This document shows positions 1-9,196 of a stretch of DNA of 41,666 nt, in pieces (positions within the stretch are counted from its first letter, which is position 1; each line of letters begins with the position of its first letter). The stretch is from a virus, in the IMG/VR virus record IMGVR_UViG_3300031673_000156. One strand, written 5' to 3'. A program made the position numbers and the translations under genes. The notes below the pieces were generated by a model that made no database searches, was not told where the DNA came from, and saw only the letters and a program-made list of their open reading frames with translations.

Positions 1-1125
1 GGGTACGCCGTGATGATCGTGAACAAAAAAGGCGATCGCCGGGTTGAAGTCGGGCCTAAGACTATCTTGTTGGAGTACGACGAGACCTTAGAAGTTCTGA
101 GCTTTTCGACCGGCAAGCCTAAGAACACGGGCGATTTGCATCACACCGTTTACCTCAAAGAGAAGAACAACCAGATCTCTGACAAGGTCTACGCTGAGAC
201 CGGTGACCACGTTGAGATTGAGATCTTGATGTCTTACAGAGTCAACTTCGAAGGTGACAAGCCTAAAGAGCAACAAAAGTGGTTCGAGGTTGAAAACTAC
301 GTCAAGATGCTTTGTGACCACGCTCGATCTAAGCTCAAAGCCAAGATCCGCCAGTTCACCATCGACGACTTCTACTCCAAGTCCACCGACATCATTCGTG
401 ACTCTTTGTTGGGTGTGAAGAAAGAAAAGGGCGGTCGAGGCGGCTTACTTTTCTTAGAAAACAACATGCGTCTACACGACGTAGAGGTTTTAGGAGTTCA
501 GATTCGTGACAGCATGATCGCCTCGAAGATGAAGGACGCCCAGGTAACGGCTGTGCTATCTGCTATCACCACAGCCAAAGAGCGTAAATTGCTCGAAGTT
601 CGTAAGGTGCAAGAAGATATCAAGCGCCAAACGATCATCGAGACCGAAAAAACCAAGATCGCCGAGGTCGGTCAGCAAAAAGCGGACATCACACGGGCCA
701 AAGGTTTGAAAGCGGTCGAGCACGACAAGCGGCTGGACGATCTAGAGAAGACTGCGGCTGACAATAAGCTAGTCCAAGCCACAGCGGATGAGAATCTGTC
801 GTCCGAGTTAGCTAGGATCTCCGAGAGAGCCAAGGTCGAGCTTGAAGGTACGAAGGGTGTACAAGATCTCAAGATCGACCTTTTGAACAAGGAAACCGAA
901 GCGGCGGTCAAGAAGATGGAATCGGTCGGCCAACACTTCGCCGAAGCTATCGCAGCCCTACAAAACGAGAAGACGATGGTGTCTGTGGCGGAAGCGTCAG
1001 CTATCAACTCTTGGATGGGTGTGGATAACATGACGGAGGTGATGAAAGGTACGCCTTTCGAAGCCAAGTTCCAGACGATCGTCGAGAAAGCCCTTAAAAA
1101 CAAACCTAAAGCTTTGCAAGCTTAA
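1..1125 (+). CDS. SPFH/band-7 (prohibitin/stomatin-like) domain protein with C-terminal coiled coil. 5' partial: the frame is open from nt 1.
   Basis: ORF 10..1125 has no stop upstream in frame (ggg tac gcc). The SPFH-like core is AETGDHVEIEILMSYRVNF ... RLHDVEVLGVQIRDSMIASKMKDAQV, followed by a long Lys/Glu/Ala-rich heptad region typical of band-7 family tails. Confidence 0.5.
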   Translation, partial: GYAVMIVNKKGDRRVEVGPKTILLEYDETLEVLSFSTGKPKNTGDLHHTVYLKEKNNQISDKVYAETGDHVEIEILMSYRVNFEGDKPKEQQKWFEVENYVKMLCDHARSKLKAKIRQFTIDDFYSKSTDIIRDSLLGVKKEKGGRGGLLFLENNMRLHDVEVLGVQIRDSMIASKMKDAQVTAVLSAITTAKERKLLEVRKVQEDIKRQTIIETEKTKIAEVGQQKADITRAKGLKAVEHDKRLDDLEKTAADNKLVQATADENLSSELARISERAKVELEGTKGVQDLKIDLLNKETEAAVKKMESVGQHFAEAIAALQNEKTMVSVAEASAINSWMGVDNMTEVMKGTPFEAKFQTIVEKALKNKPKALQA

Positions 1126-1147
1126 CCCTCTTTTCTGTTATTAGGTG

Positions 1148-1181
1148 GCCCCTTCTACTCGATAGTAGAAGGGGCTTTTTT
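1148..1181. terminator. Bidirectional intrinsic terminator between convergent genes
   Basis: GC hairpin gccccttctact-cga-tagtagaaggggc followed by TTTTT on the + strand, and an A-run before it, so it is usable on the - strand. It lies between the + gene ending at 1125 and the - gene ending at 1180. Confidence 0.6.
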
Positions 1182-2232
1182 AGATTAGAAGGTGGCGGTT
1201 TATCCCTACGTCCATTGAAGGGATAAGGTATCTCGCCCGGACATCGGTGGAAGTCAAAACCCCGGCTACTACATTTTCATTTACCAGCACAATCTTGAAT
1301 TTTCTGGAATCCCGGCACCGGAAGAGTACGTCTTCGTTGCGGAAGTGCGGTAGGGTCTTAGCGTCGAAGAAAATAGGGATTTCTTGGTAGGCTTCGTACA
1401 CGCCGCTTTGTAAACCGGAAAATTCTTCTTCGGCTCGGGATAGGTCACCAAAGACAACAAGGTCGTCACGGATCTTGTACCGCACTATGAAGTGGGTGAT
1501 GACTGGTTTGGTGTCTACCCGTTTGAATTCAATCCTGATTTTAACATTGTCGAAAGCTAGAAAAGGAACAAAATCTTCTTTTTCTTTGATCTCAGCCGAG
1601 CCCCCTAACGGGTCGGTGGCGATTATTTTGGTGCCTCTATTGAAGATCGGCTGGTACAACATAAAGTTATCTACTACACCAGTGTTATTTTTAATAGGTA
1701 GCTGCGCTTCCACGTATCCTCTCTCGTGCCCTTCAACTAGCCGCAAGTATACTGGCCGTGTGTCCTCGTCGAAATTAGGTTCTACGTTTACCATCACCAA
1801 ACCTGGGGATGTGTAGTCGAGGACTTCGGCCCTAGTCCCAAACTTCTCATAGCCAGCTACAACGCCAGTGGCCAAGCAAATTGGACACTGGTTATCGGGC
1901 GATGTTTGACTCGTGTAACACGAACAACGTCGCCCGGTTCTTTTGCGCCTGTAATACAAAAATTCCCTACGATCCGACAAAACAGCGTTAGCCGACTTGG
2001 TTTGAATCCTCGGGGCTAATTGATCTCTTATTATCTCGTGGACGTGGTCGATCTTGTGATCGGTGTCCGAAGGCTCCCCGCTAAAAGCTGGGGGTGTGCT
2101 GCTACTGGAATGAGCGGTGAACCTAGCGTCGTAGGTCTTTTGAACCGCCCCACCATTGGTGTTGTCACGCCGCTCCCTAGATGTTCGAGCGGAACCTCGT
2201 TGATCTCTATTGTTTCTTATTGAACTACCCAA
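1180..2232 (-). CDS. Hypothetical protein with Cys4 zinc-ribbon-like motif (CSCY...CPIC)
   Basis: 350-aa ORF followed by the convergent terminator. Carries the Cys cluster RRCSCYTSQTSPDNQCPIC. No recognisable catalytic motifs. Confidence 0.6.
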   Translation of the reverse strand: MGSSIRNNRDQRGSARTSRERRDNTNGGAVQKTYDARFTAHSSSSTPPAFSGEPSDTDHKIDHVHEIIRDQLAPRIQTKSANAVLSDRREFLYYRRKRTGRRCSCYTSQTSPDNQCPICLATGVVAGYEKFGTRAEVLDYTSPGLVMVNVEPNFDEDTRPVYLRLVEGHERGYVEAQLPIKNNTGVVDNFMLYQPIFNRGTKIIATDPLGGSAEIKEKEDFVPFLAFDNVKIRIEFKRVDTKPVITHFIVRYKIRDDLVVFGDLSRAEEEFSGLQSGVYEAYQEIPIFFDAKTLPHFRNEDVLFRCRDSRKFKIVLVNENVVAGVLTSTDVRARYLIPSMDVGINRHLLI

Positions 2233-2276
2233 AACTTAACCCTCCCTACTATAAAGGTAAGGTTTGTTTCGAGACG

Positions 2277-2576
2277 CTACGGCTTTTTGAGTGCCGTCTG
2301 GATAACATCAGTTAAGTAATTCGGTTTGTTTTGTGTAAGATATAAGAGGGTAGTACCCGTTTCGATGAGGTTTTTGTCTAAACCTATTTCTATACCTCTT
2401 TTTAATAAGGCTTCAAGCTTAACGAGATCTTGTTGAAGCTTCTTCTTGTCTATAGGTCTGCTCAAGATAGCTTCTCTATTGCTAGCTACACTCTTTCGAA
2501 CTCCCTCTAATCCACGCTCAAAATCCAAAAAGCACCCCCAATAAATAAAAAGGTATCCTACCCTTAAACTCACCAA
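2277..2576 (-). CDS. Hypothetical small protein
   Basis: 99-aa ORF co-oriented with its neighbours. The C-terminal part is helical and charged; the N-terminal 20 aa look non-coding-like, so the start is uncertain. Confidence 0.4.
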   Translation of the reverse strand: MVSLRVGYLFIYWGCFLDFERGLEGVRKSVASNREAILSRPIDKKKLQQDLVKLEALLKRGIEIGLDKNLIETGTTLLYLTQNKPNYLTDVIQTALKKP

Positions 2577-2590
2577 AGTATAATGGGATT

Positions 2591-2878
2591 TTATGCCTCT
2601 TGTAGAATTTCCGCAGCATCGTCCAGTAGGAGTTGCAAGTGTTCTCCGATAGCTTGCTCTAAGCTAGAGAAGATCTCGCTATAGAAAGCTTGTTTGTCTT
2701 CACCCGCAGTTTCATAAATTGAAGCCAAGCTATTAAGCGCATCGCCGATGTCGAAAGGTTTCTGGCTGACGCTTTCCTTAATTTCAGCTAGTATTGCGGC
2801 TCTTTTACGAAGTTTCGATTCCTTTTGTAGGGATTCGATTTTAGCTAAAGCGTTATTAATCTTGTCTGGGGTAATCAT
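2591..2878 (-). CDS. Hypothetical small helical protein
   Basis: 95-aa ORF with SD AAGGAG 6 nt upstream of the ATG (minus-strand ctcacAAGGAGataatATG). Confidence 0.6.
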   Translation of the reverse strand: MITPDKINNALAKIESLQKESKLRKRAAILAEIKESVSQKPFDIGDALNSLASIYETAGEDKQAFYSEIFSSLEQAIGEHLQLLLDDAAEILQEA

Positions 2879-2920
2879 ATTATCTCCTTGTGAGTTTTAT
2901 AGGGTCAAAATAACAAAGGT

Positions 2921-3565
2921 ATGAATATGTTAAAGAGCAAGGAAGAGATTGCAAGACTTTTGCAATCCAAAAATAAAGTGTTGAAAGCGGTTCGGGACTG
3001 TAACGCCGGAGAATCTTCTGGTGCCGATCTACAAAAAGCTGTGTCCATCATAGCGTTGCACCACAATCTTAGTAAGAAAGATTTGTGGACTTGGGCTTAC
3101 AAGCAGCTAAAAGATATGAAGGTTAAAAATCTCACCGAAGAGGCCCAGGCCAAAGTTAAGGCTGAAGCGTTAGCGGCGAAGACCGAAAAGCGGATAGCGA
3201 AAGCTCAAGCGACAGCGGACGCCGCCGCAGCGAGGGCTCAAGCCAGGATAGAAGCGGCGGCGGCGAAGGCCGAAGCTAAAGCTGAAGCGAAGGTGGAAGC
3301 TAAAATCCGATCGCCTGAAGCTGCCCATGTTATGGAAGGCAAAAACCACTTGATCCAATTAGAAAGATTAGAAAAGTGTGACGAGGGGGTTTGGGTGGAA
3401 GTTTTCAAGAAGACTCGATCGCCTTTTTTGAAAAAGGCTATCTTGTCCGGCACCACTAACTATGAAGTTTATGACCTAGCGTTGCAAGGTACAAACACCT
3501 TACGGCTTGAAGTGATTAAACAAATCCATAAGCATGTGCTGCGTGGGGAAAAGCTTTGGGCTTAG
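2921..3565 (+). CDS. Hypothetical protein with Ala/Lys/Glu-rich coiled-coil segment
   Basis: 214-aa ORF divergent from the 2591..2878 gene, with only a 42-bp intergenic gap. Contains the AKVKAEALAAKTEKRIAKAQATADAAAARAQARIEAAAAKAEAKAEAK low-complexity helix. Confidence 0.55.
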   Translation: MNMLKSKEEIARLLQSKNKVLKAVRDCNAGESSGADLQKAVSIIALHHNLSKKDLWTWAYKQLKDMKVKNLTEEAQAKVKAEALAAKTEKRIAKAQATADAAAARAQARIEAAAAKAEAKAEAKVEAKIRSPEAAHVMEGKNHLIQLERLEKCDEGVWVEVFKKTRSPFLKKAILSGTTNYEVYDLALQGTNTLRLEVIKQIHKHVLRGEKLWA

Positions 3566-4275
3566 AAAAGTTTGCTAACGGCTGTGGCGACAGCCTTAGC
3601 TAATTCTTGTAGTAGAACTTCATCGGGTTCGAAGAAAAATTCGATTTCGTATTGAGCGTCGTCGATGGTAGACATATTAGGCCAATCCGTTACTTCGAAT
3701 CCAACTTCGGGGACTACATGAGCTATTGTTCGGTGGATTCTTTTCTTACCGATCTCTTGCTCTAAGGAGTCATAAAAATCTCGGTACAAGGTACCCGACG
3801 CTATGTTGCGAGGAGCCCCAATCTTGTCCGTGATATCTCCCAAAAATCCTCGTATAGTACATTTACCTTTTTCGGATCGGGTAACCGTCAGCGTCTTCGG
3901 GATGCGTCGGATGTAAGATGCCCTTACTTCAGCTTTTGTCTTCATGGATAACATCTTTTCATATTTGGGTTGATCGACCGGGGCGACAATGCGTTGGACC
4001 GTATCCCAAGTAAAGTTCCGCTTTAAAACGTCTTTGGGTACGACTTCAATAAAAGTCTCTAGGTCTTCTCCGTCTACCGACCACCGACTCTTCGGGTCAG
4101 ATAGCTCATCCCATAGCTCCCTAAAGTAACGGGTGCCGTCGATGTCCAGACCTTCCCGCTTTAGAAACTTATTGAAAGACTTGCCGGATTTTCCAAAGTC
4201 AAAACGAGAGCCCATCTTGCGGATGACCTTCACGTATTCCTTGAAAATACCTTGCTTTAATTTGTCAAATGCCAC
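3562..4275 (-). CDS. Hypothetical protein
   Basis: 237-aa ORF, tightly packed (3-nt gap) with the downstream minus-strand ORFs. Confidence 0.6.
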   Translation of the reverse strand: MAFDKLKQGIFKEYVKVIRKMGSRFDFGKSGKSFNKFLKREGLDIDGTRYFRELWDELSDPKSRWSVDGEDLETFIEVVPKDVLKRNFTWDTVQRIVAPVDQPKYEKMLSMKTKAEVRASYIRRIPKTLTVTRSEKGKCTIRGFLGDITDKIGAPRNIASGTLYRDFYDSLEQEIGKKRIHRTIAHVVPEVGFEVTDWPNMSTIDDAQYEIEFFFEPDEVLLQELAKAVATAVSKLF

Positions 4276-4277
4276 GA

Positions 4278-4652
4278 TTAACCCCGAAATTTAAGTTCTT
4301 TGGTGACTGAAACTTCATCTCCGCCAGCAGCTTCCACACCTTCACCATCGCCCATGCTTTCATCGTAGTAGCCTGGGAACCGCACTAAAAGAAACTTGAC
4401 CAGCTTCTTTGCTTGCTCGTCATTCAAAAGCTGGACTAGAAAACCGTCTACTACACTTTTTAATTCTTTTCGGCTCAACGGCTCCAAGAATTGCATCAAC
4501 CAATACCTAGCCGACATATCCGCAGGGGTTGATTCCATATCATCGTCAAAATCGCCTCGGGCTATTTGCCGATCGATTTCTGTGTTCAAAACCTCTGCTA
4601 GAGTCTCGATCTCTTCGTGCAAAGTCTTGATGTACTCATTACCCTTAGCCAT
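4278..4652 (-). CDS. Hypothetical protein
   Basis: 124-aa ORF in the same minus-strand operon. Confidence 0.55.
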   Translation of the reverse strand: MAKGNEYIKTLHEEIETLAEVLNTEIDRQIARGDFDDDMESTPADMSARYWLMQFLEPLSRKELKSVVDGFLVQLLNDEQAKKLVKFLLVRFPGYYDESMGDGEGVEAAGGDEVSVTKELKFRG

Positions 4653-4672
4653 TTTATAACCCCTTTTGTTTA

Positions 4673-5227
4673 CTACAGCCCCAAAGCGTCTTCAAATTCT
4701 TTTAGATCTTCATCGTCGCTAGTTTCTTCGTCGGCCCCGGCTTCTTCTTCGTCGGCTCCTTCATCGGCTCCACCTTCATCGGCGGCTCCTTCGTCGGCTC
4801 CATCGGCTGCCTCTTCTTCAGCGGGTGCTTCCGCTTCAGGGAGTTCGATAGCCGGTAAAAAGGCTGTGAACTTAACCAACTCATCGGAATCTTCGTCTAA
4901 AGTAACCTCGACCTCTTCTTCATCGAACCACTTTTTGGCTGACTCGTACCACTGTTCCGGTGTCATCTCTAAATCCACTCCGTGCTTATCCGCTTGGGGG
5001 AGGTAAAAACGACCGTTCAATCTTAACGTGGCTACGTTCTCAACGTTCTTACCGACCGGCTCGTCTTCATCCATATCTACTACAACTGTAGTAAAGGCCG
5101 GATCTAAGTCATGAGCTTCGATCAGATGTTGAGTCAACTCTTCCGAGATCCATAGCTCGAACTTGACGAACTCTTCCCGGTGAGTGTCCACAAAATGATT
5201 CAATGTGAGGACTTCAGGTAAAGGCAA
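4673..5227 (-). CDS. Hypothetical highly acidic protein (scaffold- or internal-protein-like)
   Basis: 184 aa with a C-terminal EAPAEEEAADGADEGAADEGGADEGADEEEAGADEETSDDEDL acidic tract. Abuts the upstream 558-aa gene. Confidence 0.55.
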   Translation of the reverse strand: MPLPEVLTLNHFVDTHREEFVKFELWISEELTQHLIEAHDLDPAFTTVVVDMDEDEPVGKNVENVATLRLNGRFYLPQADKHGVDLEMTPEQWYESAKKWFDEEEVEVTLDEDSDELVKFTAFLPAIELPEAEAPAEEEAADGADEGAADEGGADEGADEEEAGADEETSDDEDLKEFEDALGL

Positions 5228-5229
5228 AA

Positions 5230-6906
5230 TTAAGCTCTTTTCTTAGTCTTAAGGAACTCAAAGTACCCCAGGCCATCCATGCCAAAGACTTCAGCGACAA
5301 CGTCCGAGATGTTAGCTCGCAACCGAGAAGAACCTTCCGATAAGCCAATTCGACCTATTCGGATATTTTTCAAAATGTCATTGAGATAAGCAGCGACTTT
5401 GGGTGAAGCCTTGCGGACATCCCGCATAGTTCGACTCTTGCTTAGAGCGGCCAGAGAAGAGATCTGAGCTTGGTCCCGCTTGGACAACACACCTTGAGGC
5501 CCGTTGGGCAAAGGACGCCTCTTGGCCGTCTTAGCGGCTTCTGTGGTCGTTCCTGACTCTTGACCTAACTTACCAGCGTCAGAACGGTGAAAAGCGAAAG
5601 TTAAAAGGTAGTCACCGTCGATGTCTAAAAAGATCATCTCGCCGGGTAAGCCTACGGAGGTAGTCAACTTTTGAGCTAAGATGTCGGATCGGGTCTTCAC
5701 GTCTTGCAAAGAAACATCACCAGAAGCCAAAGCCTCACTAAAACCTAATTTTTTAGCTATCGCTTGCCCAGCCTCGGGAGAACCCATCTCGTCAATAGCC
5801 GCTACGATCGAATCGATCACAATGGTTTGAAGATCGTTGTCGTCTAAGACGTGGGTCTTAACAGCCGTCAAAACCTTTTGCTTCAACGCTTGGGTGTCAT
5901 AAGGACCAACCACCTTACCACCACGTACAACACTCCTGACTGAAGCCTTGGCTGTAGCCGGGGCCTTGCCTACCGGAGGAAGACCTAAAGTGAAGCGTAG
6001 AATCCTTTCTGCGTTAGCATCCCCAGGTATCCGGGTGTACTCTTCCAAAGCCCGTATAACCTCGTTCTCTGTAACGTCAGCTAAAATAGGGTCACGCTTT
6101 AACTTGAATGCCAACTTTTTACCAGCCATACCTCTTTTTCCTCCTATGGTCCCCTCTACAGGGGTGTCGATGTGCTCTTCACGATCCACCGTTGGCTCGC
6201 TTTCAATTTCGTCTAACAACTCTTTTAAAAATGCTTCCTCGTCTACTTCCTCTTCCGTCTCCATCATCACTTCTTCTTCTTCGTCTTCTTCAACTTCATA
6301 CACGCTAGGTTCTTCTGGACGGTCTTCAGCATCATCAACAAACTCAGTGCCGTCTACTACATCGGGATCTTCAACTTCAAAGTCTTCTTCCGCAGCTTCT
6401 TCCGCAGCCTTTTCTTCATCTAAGATGATAAGGTGTTCGTTGACCCCATCCCGGTAAGCTTGTTCTAAATCTTGTTTGTACTGCACGAGGATCTTTGAGG
6501 AGTCAGGGACCGTTTGAATTTGGTCCCCGATATTATCTTCGAAGGTCTTCACCAAATGCTGGGACAAAGAATAAGGCATAGGGATCTTGGTTTTGATCTC
6601 CTCGTTTCTTTCTTCACCCGCTGGAGCGGTCATGTCTACAGTATGCAGCTTTAGCTTGACTTCGTTTAGCCCGCCCTGGAAAGCTTTGAAAGCTAGCTTT
6701 GAGTACCACGACGCTATCTTTTCAATATAGTTTTGGGGAATGTTGTGCATCAACGCCTGGAAAGGCTCCGAGAACTCGAAGGTAGATGCGATTATCTTTT
6801 CCGTTTCGAAAGCTTGATTGACTAAATGAGCTTTCACCAAAGACGGGATAGTGTGAATCAGTGACCTGATTTCTTGTTTGCGTCGAGCTTCCATTGTGAT
6901 TGTCAC
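5230..6906 (-). CDS. Hypothetical large protein (558 aa), probable virion/morphogenesis protein
   Basis: Long uninterrupted ORF with an acidic internal tract (EEDEEEEVMMETEEEVDEE). Start is GTG at 6906 or ATG at 6894, with GGGAAGG upstream. Confidence 0.65.
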   Translation of the reverse strand: MTITMEARRKQEIRSLIHTIPSLVKAHLVNQAFETEKIIASTFEFSEPFQALMHNIPQNYIEKIASWYSKLAFKAFQGGLNEVKLKLHTVDMTAPAGEERNEEIKTKIPMPYSLSQHLVKTFEDNIGDQIQTVPDSSKILVQYKQDLEQAYRDGVNEHLIILDEEKAAEEAAEEDFEVEDPDVVDGTEFVDDAEDRPEEPSVYEVEEDEEEEVMMETEEEVDEEAFLKELLDEIESEPTVDREEHIDTPVEGTIGGKRGMAGKKLAFKLKRDPILADVTENEVIRALEEYTRIPGDANAERILRFTLGLPPVGKAPATAKASVRSVVRGGKVVGPYDTQALKQKVLTAVKTHVLDDNDLQTIVIDSIVAAIDEMGSPEAGQAIAKKLGFSEALASGDVSLQDVKTRSDILAQKLTTSVGLPGEMIFLDIDGDYLLTFAFHRSDAGKLGQESGTTTEAAKTAKRRPLPNGPQGVLSKRDQAQISSLAALSKSRTMRDVRKASPKVAAYLNDILKNIRIGRIGLSEGSSRLRANISDVVAEVFGMDGLGYFEFLKTKKRA

Positions 6907-7087
6907 CTTCCCAGGTAGATTTTATCCAAAACGTCGATTTAAAGTTAAGATAACTAAGGACGATTAAATAATCGTGATGTTTCTGTTATAGACTACTACA
7001 CCCTGGGAGATTTGATTTGTCTACACTGGTGGTTACGTTCAAAGCGGAAGCTGGCGGAATAACACTTTTCGAAGTACCGTTTAGTGT

Positions 7088-7426
7088 TCAATTACCTATC
7101 CAAATTCCGATACCGTTCCCGCCCCCGGACCCACTAGATTTTCTTTTAGGGCTACTCCTAGACGCTTTAGGGCTGCCGTTCCCTTTGGAGATTCCATCTT
7201 TGCCTTGCCCTTTTGAATTAGATCTATTATCTTTGTTACCACCGATACCGCCGATCATAATTCCCGGCTTGCCGCCTATACCGTTCCCTCCGCCTGACCC
7301 CTTAGATTTTCTAATAGGAGCGTTGTTAAATGCTTTGGGTTTGGCGTTTCCATTGGAGATTCCATCGCTGCCGTGCCCATTTGAATTGGATTTGTTATCG
7401 CTCTTACCGCCGATACCACCGATCAT
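7088..7426 (-). CDS. Low-complexity Gly/Lys/Ser/Asn-rich repeat protein. The frame is open up to 7588 and in frame with the stop of the upstream 535-aa gene.
   Basis: The minus frame MIGGIGGKSDNK...GGGNGIGGKPG has purine-rich first codon positions (RNN). It is collinear with the flanking minus-strand operon. There are no stops between the TAA at 7589-7591 and the TGA at 7088-7090. Confidence 0.35.
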   Translation of the reverse strand: MIGGIGGKSDNKSNSNGHGSDGISNGNAKPKAFNNAPIRKSKGSGGGNGIGGKPGIMIGGIGGNKDNRSNSKGQGKDGISKGNGSPKASRSSPKRKSSGSGGGNGIGIWIGN

Positions 7427-7560
7427 AATTCCCGGCTTGCCGCCTATACCGTTCCCTCCGCCTGACCCCTTAGATTTTCTAATAGGAGCGTTGCTCGACT
7501 TCCTAGGTATCCCTGATATCGAGATACCTTCTTTGCCGTGTCCGTTCCCGGCAGGGATAA
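7107..7560. repeat. Tandem direct repeat, unit 168 nt, about 2.7 copies
   Basis: The 11-mer ataccgttccc recurs at 7110, 7278 and 7446, and the surrounding sequence is near-identical between copies. The unit length is divisible by 3 and both strands are open across it. Confidence 0.85.
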
Positions 7561-7588
7561 CTTTGACAATAGACGTAAAGGTAATCCC

Positions 7589-9196
7589 TTAAACTAAATT
7601 ACCTTTCATCTTTATAAATGCGGATGAAAAAGCCGTAGCCGGGTTCGCATTTATAAGGGCTGCGGTGTTAGGCGGCAACGGCGGGCCGGACGGGCCTGTG
7701 GGTGTGGCGTGAATATGAAGGTCAAACAAAAGTGCCAAAGGCTCCGCTAGTGTAGCAGAAAAAGCAGCCAAGGCTCCTAGGGCTATAGAACCACACTGTA
7801 CGTCCAACTTAGGGCTGTTTAGTAAGATATTGAGGTTCGATTGAAGTTGTGCGGTGGTCTTACCGTCTAAGATCAAAGCTTGGAACGGTGACACCAGCCG
7901 AACGTCTTGACCCATAGAAACATAGGTGCCTAGGCCTGAAGTTAGGGAAGTCGTCAAAGTAGCTGCGTTCATGTAGAGATTTGAGCCGTCCCCAGCGTTC
8001 ATCTTTACCGAGCCAACTTTGTCGAAGGTCAACCGAGATCCTGAAGAATGTATTACATTTATCGTTTCGGTGTCGCTGGTGTCGTCCATAATAAACGAAT
8101 GCCCACCGCCGGTTGTAAGAGCAAACTTAGTCTCGCCTGCTACATCCGAAAATTGCATTGTTTGGCCGCCGCCACGAGACCGAAGCTCGAACAAACCGCC
8201 AATATTGAACCTTAAGGTCTCACCGATTTGATAGATCGCATTCTTTTGAATCTGGTAAGTTAAATCGCCACGGATCGTAGCCTTCTCGTCTAGGTCTACT
8301 ACACGATTGTAACCGCCGCTGGGTATTAAGAGGTCGTAACCGAAAGCTGCACCGGTGCCGAGACTGAGGGCGTAGTTACCCGCTTCATCAATTTCAACTG
8401 TAGTAGCGGTGTCGTCGTTAGCGAAATATTCTTCTACGTGTCTTAGAGCGTTGCCGGATCGGCTGTGGGCAAGAGCGAAACCTTTTTGATTGAGGACGTG
8501 CCCGGATTGCTTGCGGAACAAGATCGCAGGCTCTTCGTTGCCGGGGTTTCTAAGTTGTTGGTAGTGTTCGGCGGTGAAAGATCCTCGAACTTTCGGGTAT
8601 CTTTTTTCCCACGAAGAAAAAGTGCCGTCTTCATTCTCCTTGGGCCGGGACACAATCCCGAATCGATCTTCGTCACCCAAGGTGTTGGAACGGTATTGCA
8701 AGCCTTGGCGGTGGTGTATAGGAGCCCTATCACCAGCTACCATCTTATCCTGGTCCGCCCACCGCCGTATCATACCGCCGTAGGTCTCGATCGAAGGGCG
8801 ACGGCTCATGAATATTTGAGCATTACCGCTGGAAAGCATATCGATCTCACCCGGTAGCAAAGGCCGGTATAAGGACAAGCCGTTCTTGTAGCTAGCGATC
8901 TTGTTCCGAGCGCCTCGTTGAACGGTTGTCATAATCTGAGGCTTGGCTTCGTCCGACCTAAATTGTAAGACAAAGTTGGTCCCGCCTTCAGGCATCGCTC
9001 TGATCCAAGACTTTTGTGAGATAAAAGGGTGAGTCAAGGTCAAAGCTTGAGCGCTGTTACCGTAATGGCTGAAGAACCCAGACTCGGTGTCGGGGGACAC
9101 AGCGGTAAGAATCGCTCCAAAGGGAAACCGCAGCGATTTCCGCAGCGATTCTTCCCTTTCATCATCAATTGCTTGGTCTCTATCGTAATTGGGCAT
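7589..9196 (-). CDS. Hypothetical structural protein (535 aa)
   Basis: Long ORF whose start abuts the stop of the downstream 745-aa ORF (9196/9197). Gly/Thr/Ser-rich beta-like composition. No enzymatic motifs recognised. Confidence 0.7.
   Translation of the reverse strand: MPNYDRDQAIDDEREESLRKSLRFPFGAILTAVSPDTESGFFSHYGNSAQALTLTHPFISQKSWIRAMPEGGTNFVLQFRSDEAKPQIMTTVQRGARNKIASYKNGLSLYRPLLPGEIDMLSSGNAQIFMSRRPSIETYGGMIRRWADQDKMVAGDRAPIHHRQGLQYRSNTLGDEDRFGIVSRPKENEDGTFSSWEKRYPKVRGSFTAEHYQQLRNPGNEEPAILFRKQSGHVLNQKGFALAHSRSGNALRHVEEYFANDDTATTVEIDEAGNYALSLGTGAAFGYDLLIPSGGYNRVVDLDEKATIRGDLTYQIQKNAIYQIGETLRFNIGGLFELRSRGGGQTMQFSDVAGETKFALTTGGGHSFIMDDTSDTETINVIHSSGSRLTFDKVGSVKMNAGDGSNLYMNAATLTTSLTSGLGTYVSMGQDVRLVSPFQALILDGKTTAQLQSNLNILLNSPKLDVQCGSIALGALAAFSATLAEPLALLFDLHIHATPTGPSGPPLPPNTAALINANPATAFSSAFIKMKGNLV

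Noticed and set aside
88-1103. Minus-strand ORFs 88..321 and 672..1103 within the SPFH gene
   Set aside because: They are fully embedded antisense in a gene with clear domain motifs, with no independent signals.
2233-2290. Hairpin acggc-tttttgagt-gccgt between genes 1180..2232 and 2277..2576 as a terminator
   Set aside because: The stem is short and there is no U-tract on the transcribed (minus) strand. More likely it is incidental structure within an operon.
4617-6457. Plus-strand Ser-rich ORFs (4617..5006, 5948..6457, 6108..6308) antisense to the acidic-protein and 558-aa genes
   Set aside because: They are low-complexity antisense readings of GAA/GAG-rich (acidic) coding DNA, with no RBS, and are fully contained in longer minus-strand genes.
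7107-7560. Considered whether the 168-nt tandem repeat, or the 90-bp inverted repeats, are the TR/VR pair of a diversity-generating retroelement
   Set aside because: There is no reverse transcriptase in the window. The differences between repeat copies are not adenine-specific. The inverted-repeat copies are inverted rather than direct and lie in intergenic DNA.
7017-7592. Plus-strand 191-codon ORF (TTG start) encoding a Pro/Leu-rich repeat protein (PIPFPPPDPLDFL…)
   Set aside because: Not excluded, but judged less likely than the minus-strand frame. First codon positions are pyrimidine-rich (against the RNY bias of real genes). It would be the only plus-strand gene inside an 11-kb minus-strand block, and it overlaps the convergent gene end. 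Its openness is a by-product of the in-frame 168-nt repeat.
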